Of a stretch of 64,000 nt of DNA, positions 23,429 through 34,206 are shown one piece after another. Where the stretch lies: contig OZ316892.1 of NCBI GenBank assembly GCA_973895155.1, positions 448,917 through 512,916 of the forward strand, given 5' to 3'. The DNA comes from Marsupella aquatica (lineage: Eukaryota > Plantae > Marchantiophyta). Both the position numbers and the translations under genes were made by a program. The notes below the pieces were generated by a model. That model saw nothing but the letters and a program-made list of their open reading frames with translations. It searched no databases and had not been told where the DNA came from. Each line of letters begins with the position of its first letter. The stretch's first letter is position 1.

Positions 23429-26400
23429 ATGGAACCCGGGCAGAGGCCGGAGGTAAGGCTGAGGGTGAAAACCCGATTAGGGTTAGGGCGCGTTAAGCGT
23501 CGGCGGCTAGGAAGGATCAACGGGAAGAAGGACCGGCAGAGGAGAGGGGTAAGGAGCGCTTGCAGGAGATGGTGGCTCATTTGCGAGCACGAACTAGGCA
23601 GACGACTACGGGAGGCCAACTACTGTCAGCTGCTTAGGCAAGCACTCGGGGAGAGAGTAGATACCGACGATCGACCTAAGGAGGGTATGAGCAACGTCAA
23701 TCAAGCGGCACATTTCTGGGGATGCCTGTTCGAACGGGCAACTGAGTACATCAAGACTTACGAGGACGAGGAGTCAGAAAGGGCAGCTCGAGAACGGCAG
23801 GAGCTCGCTCGATTGTGGGAGCTGCACAAGACGGCTTTCTTAGGAGGCGAACTCATCAAGGACGAGTTCCTGTGGACGCCTACTTCCAATCAACTCGACG
23901 ATCTTCTGTTTTGCAAAGACAGCGTCGTCGGCATCCGAGAGGCCATCAAGAACTGCAACGACATACACTGGGAATTAAAGGGTAGCACGGAAAGGTGGAC
24001 CCGGGCAACGGTGCTAGGAGAAACCTCCACGGCAGCAGAGATGAAGAGGAAGGGAGCCGTCAACGATGAAGCCACCCTGGCAAAAAGAACGAGGTCGGCG
24101 GCACCAAAGAAGCCAGCCGAGCAGCAGAGCAGGAGGCAGGGAGAAGCCGAAGAGGAGGAGGTCGATCCCATCAAGGCCATTCCAACCAGGGATGACACCT
24201 GGAAGGGCTGGGCGGCAACCCTACCGGTGGAGGTGCAACTACATTTTGCACGGGAGGAGGATGCATGCTTTACGGCCATGCAGACCAAGAAGTACCAAGG
24301 CTTCATGGCCGGATCCGGCTTGGAGGCCTTTGTAAGATTACCATGGCTGAAGCCGGAGGTACCGGAGTCAGACCTATTAGAATTCGTGGGGTCATGGGAA
24401 CCCGAGACCAATTGCACGAGGATATATGGGAAGGATTTCTATCTTACTCCCAAGGTAATTGCCGAAGTGTTTGGCTTGCCGATGGGCAATAAGACCAAAG
24501 TTGATACCAGGAAGACCTTGCCTGACAAGGAGTTCCGGTCGTTCCCCGGGCCATCAACGAAGAATGGCTTCTTCCAGAACACCTGCACCAACCCGCACAT
24601 AGGAGAGATGATCGACTTCTTGCGGGTGACCATGCATTGTAACTTGCCGAGGGCAGAGATCGGCAAGGCACAGGTCTATCTGGCAGAAAGGCCAGACCCA
24701 AGCCGGGACTACAACGGGTACCTCCTCAACCAATTGAAGAAGATCTTAAAGGAGGAGCAGCAGGTAATCGGCATGGGGAGCGTGTCGCGGCTTGGCTATC
24801 ACATGCCGCTGTTGTGCCGGTATGCCAGAGGTCAGACTTTTGCCCCGGTACTTCCCCTGCAGGTAAGGGCACCCGAGGAAGCTCCAACACCGAGGCCGTT
24901 GGCTGAGAAGCCTCCACCACCTGTTAGTCCTACGATCGAGCAGGTGTTTAGGCCCAGGAAGGAAGACTTGCCGATGCAGCAACCAGGCATGCAGAGTCTG
25001 CTGAAACTACTGGAGAAAGAAAAGAAATCGGCATCGGCAACAACAACAACAACGGCAACGGCAACAATGCAGGACACTACTACAGAGGTAGGCCTACACC
25101 GGCTCACAAGAGAAAACCCCTTTGCTGGAGACAAGGAGAGAATCAGGCCGGAATCCAAGCCAGGTGTTCGAATGTACGTGGGAACCTCAAGCTCCGAATC
25201 TGAGGCAGAATTGCCTGAAGCTCCTACCGACGAAGAGGAGAGGGAGAAGCCGGACGTCCAAGAAGTAGAGGAGGCAGTGGAGGACTGCAGCCATGATAAT
25301 TCCGGCTATGGGTCGGACCATCACGTTCCAGGAGTAAGGACCTGTGGCCGGTTTGTCCCCACACTTCCAAGGGTAGTGCGAGGGGACCCCAACCAGCAGA
25401 GTAGCCCTGAGTCTCCCCCACCAGATGTTGCTCCCCCGAGCTTCGACGACATAAAACAGACGGTGCAGGAATTTCAGGAGCGAATCAAGCAGGAGGAAGA
25501 GGCCGCCCTGGCTAAGGAAAAGGATTTACCAGGAGGAGATTGGCCGGAGGACATCAGGCGGCTAGCCGAAAAAGGAAGCAAACCTCTAGCCACGATTGAA
25601 GAGATCCGCAGGACGGCGTGGGAGCAGAGGCCACGATGGGCGATGCCGATCACTTCTACTTACTCCACCTACGCTAAGAATAGAGCCATGGAGTAGGGTG
25701 AGATGTGTGGGGAACTTGCGCTCGGCATCTTTGGAGAGGAGTTGGAGGTAGGACCCTTTTTCCATAGGGAGCAGTTGGAGAAGCACCAATTAGAAGAAGC
25801 GGTGGCTTTAGAGAGAAGCAAGAAGGACGAGGTCATTCGGCGGCTTAGGAGGATGGGAGCCGAGATTGAAGATCTAAGGGCGGCCAAGAAAGCCCAAGAT
25901 GAACTGCGGATTAAACGACATGAGCTGAACATCATGCAGGGGCAGTTGGACGCCGCGCAGGCTGATAATCAGAATATCAAGGATAAACTGGCTCAGACGC
26001 AGGAAGAGTTGGCCGACACGATCAAAGAGAGGGAGAAGTGGAAGCAAGAGCTGAAGAATACAGAGGAGGCCCACATAACAGCCAACAGCCGGGCCATGGC
26101 GGAGACCCAAAGAAAGGAATGGGCGTTGAAAGGGGAGCTCGAGAAAATCCGCGGAGCCCTTGAGCAGAAGGAGGTCGAGTTAGGGAGATCCTATCAAGGG
26201 ATTATGGCGCTGCAGCAGGAGCTTGCGTCCCTGACGGCCAGCTTCAAGGCCGACCTAAGGGAGAAGGACTAGATGCTCGAACAGACTTACGCCAAGATGA
26301 ACCAGATGGAGTCTGTCATCATTGCAGAGCTCGACAAGGAGCTAAGAGCAACCCAGGAGGAGAGGGCTACCTTGAAGAAGGAATTGGAGGAAGCCCACAG

Positions 26401-27058
26401 GGAGCAGGAGGAGGCCAAAAACGAGCTGGAGGGGGCACGTAAGGACCTGGATGAAACCCAAGAGGAGTTGGAGGAAATCACAAGGAAGATGGAGAACCTA
26501 CAGCGGCGGGCCGACAACCAAACAGAGCGGCTGAAGAAACAAGCCGCAGTATTTAAATGCTTAGCTGCAGCAGGTCCATCTCCCGTTGGGACAAACCAGT
26601 TACCAGGGGTGGTAATTGCCGAAGGACAAGCCGCGTCAACTGCACCAGTGCCGGAAGTAAGTGGGAAGGGGAAGGGACCAGCTGCTGAGCCACCAACGAA
26701 GAAGAAGCGGAAACCTCCAGGGTCAAGGAGTAATACGACTTCACAGGCCGTGGTGATCAAGGAGGTAGACCCAGCACCGACCCCAGACAGGGTCACGGCT
26801 AAGGATCCAACTACCCTAGGGGAAGGGGAGGCCGAAGCCGAGGGAGTGGCTGAAGCCGAAGCCGTGGGAGTGGCTGAGGCCGAAGCCGTGGGTATTGCCG
26901 AGGCCGGTGTCGAGGCTGAAGCCGAAGGTGGACCCAGTCAGGCCGATGGAGAGTTGACTCGGTCAAGGGCAGGTAATCTGTCAGTAGGCGGGCCAACGGC
27001 AGTGGCTGAGGAGGAAGTGTTGGGGGCGTCCATTGAGGATCCACCACCGGTGTCGTGA
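23429..27058 (+). pseudogene. LTR-encoded protein, LTR1 copy (in-frame TAG at 25694 and 26270)
   Basis: ORFs 23429-25696, 25703-26272, 26273-27058 are all in one frame. Confidence 0.85.
26828..26927 (+). repeat. 24-bp coding tandem repeat (EAEA[E/V]G[V/I]A x3) in the LTR ORF tail; same in all four LTRs
   Basis: GAGGCCGAAGCCGAGGGAGTGGCT / GAAGCCGAAGCCGTGGGAGTGGCT / GAGGCCGAAGCCGTGGGTATTGCC; not present in this form in B'. Confidence 0.8.
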
Positions 27059-27974
27059 CGGTGCAAGGGCGCCGTTCCTTTTAGGGAAGGCGGACATGGA
27101 GGGAGGAGGCGTGAGTGGGCAGGGCGGGCGCGGATCTCCACGTTTAGGATTAGGATCAGAACCAGGAGCGGCCCTGACACTTAGCTTAGTGGGATTGCGG
27201 TCCCACTGGTAGGAGCAACACTTGTGCTCCTGCCTTGCTGTACATAGGTAGATTCGGGCAAGTAGATTACTGTTAAGTAGATTAGGCTTACGATGCAAAG
27301 AATGGCGGATCCACTACCAGGATAAGTACCTGGGCAGCGGGGAGCTCAGGGCCTCTTCTTTAGCAAGTTTTTAGTTTGCACCAGACGGGCTGGGATCAAG
27401 TAGTACGAGAAGCTCTCGGTTAGTCATACAGTGACCCTTGTGTATATTCATGTTTCCTCATGCCTAAGAGCTGAATAGAGTTGGCCTCACGGCTTAGTTC
27501 GCAGAACTTGTGTATGAGATGTACTGTTTGTATGGCAAGTGCATGGTATGACTCAGTCAGAATGAGTCATTTTGCTATTTGTGTGTCGCATTAACTTGTG
27601 TGAAGAGTGCCCACATCAACAGAAGGAAGGAAAGTAAGCAGGGGAGTGAGAGTTGGATGTGTCGAGCTGAGAGAGGTCTTAGCGGCTTAACCAAGCCTAT
27701 TGGGGATCATTCCGGCGGCGGAATCCAAACATACCTAACAGGAAGACAGGGGAAGATAGGGGAAGGCCTATATTAGGCCGGCTACGTATCTCATGACCCG
27801 ATGAAGGATCTGTCCAGTATATGTGTGTAAAATGTTAATAGTAGTAGTAGAAGGTTAGCAGCGTCCCATGCCGCTAAGCCGCGGAAACGGCCTCGCCAAG
27901 CACGAAACCTGCGGGAATCGGCTTGAGCTGGGGGGTTTCTTGGGTTTAGGGAGCCATGGGACACACCACATTTT

Positions 27975-27993
27975 TGGCGCTAGATGGAGGGGG
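27975..27993 (+). other. Primer binding site, tRNA-Asn-like (also 38856-38874, 49740-49758, 60621-60639)
   Basis: TGGCGCTAGATGGAGGGGG, 4 nt (TTTT) after each LTR end. Confidence 0.85.
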
Positions 27994-28039
27994 CATTTCT
28001 TAAGCCGTGAGATATGAAGTTAGAACGGAAGCGTAGGTA

Positions 28040-31033
28040 ATGACTGACCTTACGCCGAGGGAAGAAAGAGTGATTCAACGGGAGAGAGCTCGACTACAGC
28101 AGCTCGCCGGGTGGCATGATACACAGCGACTGAGAGGGGCAGAAAGAGCTGGTAGCTCCGAAACTGGAAGTGGCGTCGAAGAAGACATACCAGAAGAAGA
28201 GTCGGTAAGGAGAAGTGAGTCTCCAACCGACATGGGGGAACCAGAGGCACGGCCAGACGAGAGGCCAGGGACCAGATTGAGCCAGCGGTCGCGCATACAT
28301 TACAAAGCATTTCATGGGAGAGGAGATGAGGATCCGGACGAATGGTTGGATGATTTCGAGGGAACCGCTGCAGCAAATGGAGAATCGGCCATCAAGATGC
28401 AGATTCTTCCTGGCCTGTTCAAGGGTGAGGCTAGGCCTTGGTACAGAGCATTAGATGTGGAAGATCAAGCCATCTGGGATATCTTCAAAACACTCATTGT
28501 TAAGGAGTTTCGACCCATTGGAACTTCAGAACTAGCAGTGCTGAAGTTGGGACAACTTCGGTTCAAGGAGAACAAATCCTTCAGGAAGTTCTTGCAACGC
28601 TTTCAGAAACTGGTAAGACGTACAAAGACCAATGCATCTGAAGGTATGCAACTTCAATGGTTGGTGAATGCTTTGCCACAGAAGATGAGTTTTGCAATTA
28701 GGAAGGAGAACCCGGAGACTTTAGCCGAAGCAATTAAGGATATTCAATTATACATTAATGCAGATATCACAAGCCGGAAGAAACAGCTTAAGTCTGAGAG
28801 TTCCTCATCAGAGGAGGGATCACCCCATAAGAAAAAAGATAAGAAGAAGAAACATTCCAAGAAGTCTAGAAGTGATAAGTCAAGCTCGGATAGTGGGAGT
28901 AGCAAGAGTGAGTCATCTTCTAGTTCTGAAGAAGAAAAAACTAGGAAAAGGAAGGGCAGAAGGAGAGGGAAGACGAAAGTCAAGATGGAGGCTAAGCCAC
29001 CAGATAACATCGTAGCCCTTACCGAGCAACTTAAGGCTATCATTGCAGAGGTAAAACCAAAGAAGAAGGTAGTACAGGAGGATAGCTCTGTATGGTGTGC
29101 CTTATGTTATAAAACCGGACACCATAAAGATGCGTGTCCTAAGCTTAATACTAATCATGTTCGGCATGTGGCCGAGATCAGACCATGTCAGGGAGAAGTA
29201 GAGTACTTTTTGGGAGATGCCGCTAATAGTGTTTTCGGCATCAGTGAGACTGGAGCACGAGACCTATCCAACAGACCTGCATCTCTGTGGTCAGGATTAA
29301 GGAACAATCCAGGAGAGATGTATCCTCGGATTATTCAGAACCCGTCAGTACCTCCTAGGCCGAATGTGCAAAGATTTGCGGCGTGCTATAATTGTGGTCA
29401 ACCTGGCCATTTTGCTAGAGAATGCCCGAATGCACGCAAACAGGGTGATGGACAACCAGCTCAGCTATGTATGGGATGCCGACAGGAAGGTCATATGCTA
29501 GGGCAATGTCCTACTTGGTTGGCAGGCCTGGCCGCAAATCATAAGCTTTTGCCGATCAAGATCTTACCGCCAGGTACTACCCCCGGAGGAGTTCAAATCA
29601 ACCACATCGAACTAGGATGGCAAGAGGATGCCGAGGCAGAGTTCGTACCATCTGATGATGAGGCCGAAGCCCTATCAACCTTCTCAGAGGAGGATTTAGA
29701 TCATGATTGCTACCGGGTCTCTACTCGATCTACCAGAAGGAAGGAAAGGTGGGATGGGCTGGCCAAAAATAAAGGGAAGGTTACGGAGGAAAGGATCGAC
29801 TCTTCGTCAACATCAACAGAAGGAGAAGGGAGGGCTCCGGCAATACAGGTAAGCCATGAGCCCACCAATGAAACCAATCCTTCACAAGATAGCGACTTCA
29901 ATCGAGATCATCCTAAGTTGTTCTACCCCTCTGTTACGGCTAGTGTTAAGGAACAACTAAGAGAATTAGAAACCCTGGAGAATACCGAAGCCATTGCCAA
30001 GGATGTAAAACGAGCAAAAGCATTGTTTGCTTCGGAAGACCCAACAGCTGTGGAGACTAGCGTGGCAAAACTGGCCGAATCCAAGACGGAAACACCACCA
30101 GAAGAGAAGCCGATTGTTCCCTATGACCTGGCTAAAGATGTACTAGAATCTAGAGTCTCGGCAACAGTAGGTCAACTATTGAAAAATAGCCCGTACTTCC
30201 GGAAGCAATTAAGGAAGGCTATTCTCGGCAAGCCGAGATTACCCAAGGTAGCAACCAGATCCGACGTACTAATGATAGAAGAAGATCAAGGAGCCCCAGC
30301 ATTACCATTAATGATTCAAGGAGAATTATTACTACGGGTACCCATCGATGGAGGATCAGGGGTATGTATTATGATTGATTCAACAGCAAAAGGGTGGGGT
30401 CTAACACCGGAGATGACTGGAAGAGTGTTGAACATGGCCAATGGATATCAGGTCATTCCGACGGGAGTGTTAACCGGCATCAAGACAGAGATAGGAGGTA
30501 TCTTCTTTAGCATTAACTATGTAGTAATGAAGCCGGTAAATCCTACGTCATTCCGGCTATTGATTGGTAGGCCATGGCTGTACCTAGCCGAGGTAATAGA
30601 AGATTGGGGTAAAAAGCAGTTCACTTTCGGGACCCCCTCTATCACGGTATCCTGGGACACTAAGGATGACCGTAGGAAAAGCATAAGGGAAGTAGATGGG
30701 TACGATAGTGGACTGGAGTCAGCCGATGAAGTACGTTGGTTAGAATGCCTCACTAACCTAACCGAAGAAGGTGTCTTTGGACCAGAGGTACCCCCCAGCG
30801 GATTATGGCAAGAACCAATGGAAGGTGACTTGGAAGAAGAAGACGAAGAGGTCGAGGACTGCTTTACAATAGAATCCACCTTTTTAGCTGCAATTCCGGA
30901 GGAAGTTAAGGATGTAGACCAATTGGATGAAACGGCTAAGTGGGGAGCAGTAGCAGGGACAGTGGATTTTCTGCAGGCGTTGTGGCAGAGCCGACGGGGT
31001 CCACAACGCCATCGATCATCGGCAAGGAATTAA
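28040..31033 (+). CDS. gag: Gag-protease polyprotein, unit 1 (997 aa)
   Basis: DEDPDEWLDDFE..GEARPWY capsid-like region, Ser/Lys-rich linker, three CCHC knuckles, aspartic protease PIDGGSG..LLIGRPWL. Confidence 0.95.
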   Translation: MTDLTPREERVIQRERARLQQLAGWHDTQRLRGAERAGSSETGSGVEEDIPEEESVRRSESPTDMGEPEARPDERPGTRLSQRSRIHYKAFHGRGDEDPDEWLDDFEGTAAANGESAIKMQILPGLFKGEARPWYRALDVEDQAIWDIFKTLIVKEFRPIGTSELAVLKLGQLRFKENKSFRKFLQRFQKLVRRTKTNASEGMQLQWLVNALPQKMSFAIRKENPETLAEAIKDIQLYINADITSRKKQLKSESSSSEEGSPHKKKDKKKKHSKKSRSDKSSSDSGSSKSESSSSSEEEKTRKRKGRRRGKTKVKMEAKPPDNIVALTEQLKAIIAEVKPKKKVVQEDSSVWCALCYKTGHHKDACPKLNTNHVRHVAEIRPCQGEVEYFLGDAANSVFGISETGARDLSNRPASLWSGLRNNPGEMYPRIIQNPSVPPRPNVQRFAACYNCGQPGHFARECPNARKQGDGQPAQLCMGCRQEGHMLGQCPTWLAGLAANHKLLPIKILPPGTTPGGVQINHIELGWQEDAEAEFVPSDDEAEALSTFSEEDLDHDCYRVSTRSTRRKERWDGLAKNKGKVTEERIDSSSTSTEGEGRAPAIQVSHEPTNETNPSQDSDFNRDHPKLFYPSVTASVKEQLRELETLENTEAIAKDVKRAKALFASEDPTAVETSVAKLAESKTETPPEEKPIVPYDLAKDVLESRVSATVGQLLKNSPYFRKQLRKAILGKPRLPKVATRSDVLMIEEDQGAPALPLMIQGELLLRVPIDGGSGVCIMIDSTAKGWGLTPEMTGRVLNMANGYQVIPTGVLTGIKTEIGGIFFSINYVVMKPVNPTSFRLLIGRPWLYLAEVIEDWGKKQFTFGTPSITVSWDTKDDRRKSIREVDGYDSGLESADEVRWLECLTNLTEEGVFGPEVPPSGLWQEPMEGDLEEEDEEVEDCFTIESTFLAAIPEEVKDVDQLDETAKWGAVAGTVDFLQALWQSRRGPQRHRSSARN

Positions 31034-34000
31034 ATACCAAGGGATCGGCATACAAGCCGATTACAAGGGCAGAACAAATTGAGGCCCTATTAGAAGCCGA
31101 GAGAGCACAGCGGCCTAACTCTCAGGAGCAAGAGGTGGATGAGATGGACAGACACGATCTAGAGCCAAGGCAGGAAGGGGAGCCGACCACTAATTCAAAA
31201 CCGAATAGACCGGTAAGGGGACAATCTATGGACACCAAGGAAGGGACCGACTCGGCTAGTCCAGCCGAGATCCCAGTTTATGGAGGTATGAGATTAGAGA
31301 GACTGGAAGCCGAACTGGACCCGAATTTGAAGAAGCAGATTAATATGATCCAAGCACGGCAATATCGGAAGCTCAACTTAGGAGAGGGAAGAGAACTGAA
31401 CTTAGGGAGAAACCTAGCACCTGAGCTCGAGAAAGAGATCAATGCCTTATTGATTGAATTTCAGGATGTGTTTGCATGGAGTCACCAAGATCTAAAGGGA
31501 GTAGATCCAACACTAGGGGAACATCGAATTGATCTCATGTTAGGAGCCAAATCATTTCGACAACCAATTCGAAGGATGAACCCGAAGTATTCCCTGCTGG
31601 TCAAAACAGAAATCGACAAACTAGTGGAAGCTGGATTCATCACTCCAGTCCTGCATTCAGACTGGGTGTCTCCAATTGTGATAGTTCCCAAGAAAGCTGG
31701 ACCCGATGGTAAACCCAAGATCCGGGTTTGTCAGGATTACAGGAAGCTGAATGAAGCAACATTAAAAGACCATTTTCCTTTACCGTTTACTGATATGGTA
31801 CTAGACATGGTAGCCAGTCATGAACTATATTCATTCATGGATGGATACTCTGGTTATAACCAAATCAGGATTCGGCAGGAAGACCAAATCAAGACGGCCT
31901 TCATCACGGAATGGGGGATCTATGTCTTCAATCGTATGCCGTTTGGACTCTGCAACGCACCAGCTATGTTCCAACGATTAATGGTGAACATTTTTCATGA
32001 TTACTTGAGAAAGTTCATGGAAATCTTCATTGATGACTTTGTAGTATTCGGGAAGGCATCGAAACATGCTAAATACCTCAGGAAAACCTTCATGAGATGT
32101 AGAGAGGTGGGTCTCAAGTTACACCCAGATAAATGTTTTTTTGCAGTAACCGAGGGGGTGCTACTAGGTCACAAGGTATCAAGGAAGGGCATTGAGATTG
32201 ACAAAGGTAAGCTAGCAGTATGGCTAGATATCATGCAACCTAAGAACATAAAGGATGTAAGATCCTTCTTGGGATGCATTGGTTACTATCGCCGGTTCAT
32301 CAAGGATTTTGCCAAGCTAGCTTTACCATTAACCAATATGCTCAAGGCAGGAGCAGACTTCGAACCCACACCCGAACGAGTCACAGCGGTGGTAGAATTG
32401 AAGCAGATGTTAGTAGAGGCCCCAGTCATGATAGCACCGGACTGGAACAAAGATTTTCATGTTTTTGTAGATGTCTCGGGCTTCTGTATTGGCTCAGTAC
32501 TAAGTCAGTTGGATGAGAAAGGAAGGGACCATCCCATATACTTCGCAAGCCGTCAGCTTGCCGATGCCGAACGGAACTACTCTACCACGGAAAGAGAAGC
32601 ATTAGGAGTCATTTATTCTTGTAAAAAGTTTAGGCATTATTTACTAGGGTACAAGGTAATCTTTCATACTGATCATGAAAGTTTGAAGTACCTAGTCAAT
32701 AAGCCGGACCTTACAGGCAGAGTAGCAAGATGGATTTTGCTATTACAGGAGTTTGACTATGAGCTGAGGATCAAGCCGGGAAAGTTACATGCCAATGCCG
32801 ACTTCTTTTCAAGGATCACAGGTAAACCTGCCACGGATTGCATCGATGATCGATTCCCCGACGAGGAGCTATTCGTTGTGGAAATAGCTGGTACATGGTA
32901 CCCTGAGATTTTACAATTTCTCAGCACTTCCAGATTACAGCCAGGATTAAGCCGAGAGCAAGCCGCAGTCTTTGTGCGGAAGGTCAGACAGTATCAGTGC
33001 ATTAAAGGCATACTGCACAAGCATGGAATCAACGGCACGATTCAAAGGTGTTTGGAAAAGAGAGAGGTAAAACGAGTCCTACGGGCCATGCATGGAGAGG
33101 AGGCCGGAGGACATTTTGCCCCAGTAACCACATCTAAGAAGATATTAAATGCCGGTTACTGGTGGCCCACCTTGCACAAAGATGTCTATCAGTTTATCAA
33201 ACAATGCGATCCTTGTCAACGAGCGGGAGGACCAAGGGCGTCCACCAGGCATCCACTGCACCCTATTCTACCTCTGGCACCATTCGAGAAGTGGGGTATT
33301 GATTACATTGGACCTCTGAAACCACTGACCCACCCTCGACGGAACAAGTACATAATCCTGGCTACGGATTATGCAACTAAATGGGTAGAGGCCAGACCAA
33401 CAACGAAGGATGATGCAATTACTACGGCTAGATTCATGTATGAGCAGATCTTCACCAGGTATGGAGCACCCCTAGAATTAGTTAGTGATAGAGGAACCCA
33501 TTTTTTGAATGATATAATTAGTCGTTTAAATGAGCAGTATTTAGTTAAACATAGGCCTACTACTCCCTACCATCCAAAGGCAAACGGGTTGACAGAACGA
33601 GCAAACGGGATCATAGGAAAGATATTGAACAAGACAGTAGCTCAGAACAAACTCGATTGGGATGATAAATTGTTTGCTGCTGTTTTTGCTTACAATCTGG
33701 CCTATAAATCCACTACCGGTCATACACCCTTCTTCTTAACCTTTGGACAAGAAGCCCTGGTACCCATGCAACTTGAGATACCGACATTTCAAGTTACAAT
33801 TGAGGAAAGAGCCTCAGCGGAGGAGAGCCTAAAGGAGCGAGAATATAGGTTAGAAGCTTTAGAGGAAGCGAGAATGATTTCAGCCGAGAGAGTAGAATAT
33901 AGACAGAATATCATGAAGCAGCAGTATGATAAAAGGTTAAAAGTAGTTAGTATTCATACCGGTGATCTTGTGCTACTTTATGACAGTAGGTATAGTAGGT

Positions 34001-34206
34001 TTCCAGGAAAGCTTTACACTCGCTGGTTAGGACCCTTTAGAGTAACCATGATGTTCCCCAATGGCTCCGTGCAATTGGCCAACATTACGGGAGAGGTATA
34101 TCCAGTTCGCATCCATTATGACCGCCTCAAGAAATACTATATGGACGAAGATGAAGTTGTTCGCGAGGACGCTTCACAATTAAGTGGGGAGCTATGTGAT
34201 GCCTAG
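30940..34206 (+). CDS. pol: Pol (RT, RNase H, integrase), unit 1; probably entered by frameshift near 30970 rather than from the listed GTG
   Basis: RVCQDYRKLN, MDGYSGYNQI, MPFGLCNAP, FIDD; DVSG..ERE..TDH RNase H; H..GH..CDPC; D-D-E (GIDYIG, SDRG, TERAN); WLGPF. Stop lies inside the next LTR. Confidence 0.97.
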   Translation: MGSSSRDSGFSAGVVAEPTGSTTPSIIGKELNTKGSAYKPITRAEQIEALLEAERAQRPNSQEQEVDEMDRHDLEPRQEGEPTTNSKPNRPVRGQSMDTKEGTDSASPAEIPVYGGMRLERLEAELDPNLKKQINMIQARQYRKLNLGEGRELNLGRNLAPELEKEINALLIEFQDVFAWSHQDLKGVDPTLGEHRIDLMLGAKSFRQPIRRMNPKYSLLVKTEIDKLVEAGFITPVLHSDWVSPIVIVPKKAGPDGKPKIRVCQDYRKLNEATLKDHFPLPFTDMVLDMVASHELYSFMDGYSGYNQIRIRQEDQIKTAFITEWGIYVFNRMPFGLCNAPAMFQRLMVNIFHDYLRKFMEIFIDDFVVFGKASKHAKYLRKTFMRCREVGLKLHPDKCFFAVTEGVLLGHKVSRKGIEIDKGKLAVWLDIMQPKNIKDVRSFLGCIGYYRRFIKDFAKLALPLTNMLKAGADFEPTPERVTAVVELKQMLVEAPVMIAPDWNKDFHVFVDVSGFCIGSVLSQLDEKGRDHPIYFASRQLADAERNYSTTEREALGVIYSCKKFRHYLLGYKVIFHTDHESLKYLVNKPDLTGRVARWILLLQEFDYELRIKPGKLHANADFFSRITGKPATDCIDDRFPDEELFVVEIAGTWYPEILQFLSTSRLQPGLSREQAAVFVRKVRQYQCIKGILHKHGINGTIQRCLEKREVKRVLRAMHGEEAGGHFAPVTTSKKILNAGYWWPTLHKDVYQFIKQCDPCQRAGGPRASTRHPLHPILPLAPFEKWGIDYIGPLKPLTHPRRNKYIILATDYATKWVEARPTTKDDAITTARFMYEQIFTRYGAPLELVSDRGTHFLNDIISRLNEQYLVKHRPTTPYHPKANGLTERANGIIGKILNKTVAQNKLDWDDKLFAAVFAYNLAYKSTTGHTPFFLTFGQEALVPMQLEIPTFQVTIEERASAEESLKEREYRLEALEEARMISAERVEYRQNIMKQQYDKRLKVVSIHTGDLVLLYDSRYSRFPGKLYTRWLGPFRVTMMFPNGSVQLANITGEVYPVRIHYDRLKKYYMDEDEVVREDASQLSGELCDA
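30964..31023 (+). promoter_or_regulatory. Candidate -1 programmed ribosomal frameshift signal (also 41845-41904, 52729-52788, 63610-63669)
   Basis: G GAT TTT in gag frame, 5-nt spacer, perfect stem GGCGTTGTGG/CCACAACGCC, loop GCCGA complementary to downstream TCGGC; lies in the 94-nt gag/pol overlap, pol in -1 frame. Confidence 0.8.
34182..34194 (+). other. Polypurine tract region (also 45063-45075, 55947-55959)
   Basis: AAGTGGGGAGCTA directly before LTR TG, within pol coding sequence. Confidence 0.7.

Larger units (their letters stand above)
23318..27970 (+). repeat. Family B LTR1 (4653 bp)
   Basis: TGTGATGCCTAG...CACCACA, preceded by unique flank (GTCCT), followed by TTTT+PBS; 4-bp deletion just before the ORF ATG. 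Confidence 0.95.

Noticed and set aside
23477-23488. TTAGGGTTAGGG telomere-like motif in the family-B LTR
   Set aside because: Only two units, inside coding sequence (RLGLG); consistent with chance.
30940-30942. GTG as the pol start codon (and GTG 34271/45152/56036 for the LTR ORF)
   Set aside because: Prokaryote-style start calls; pol is better explained by frameshifting, and the LTR ORF has an ATG in strong context 39 nt downstream.
33950-34206. Chromodomain or Tat-type additional RNase H in pol
   Set aside because: Integrase ends shortly after the GPF motif, and only one RNase H is visible between RT and integrase.
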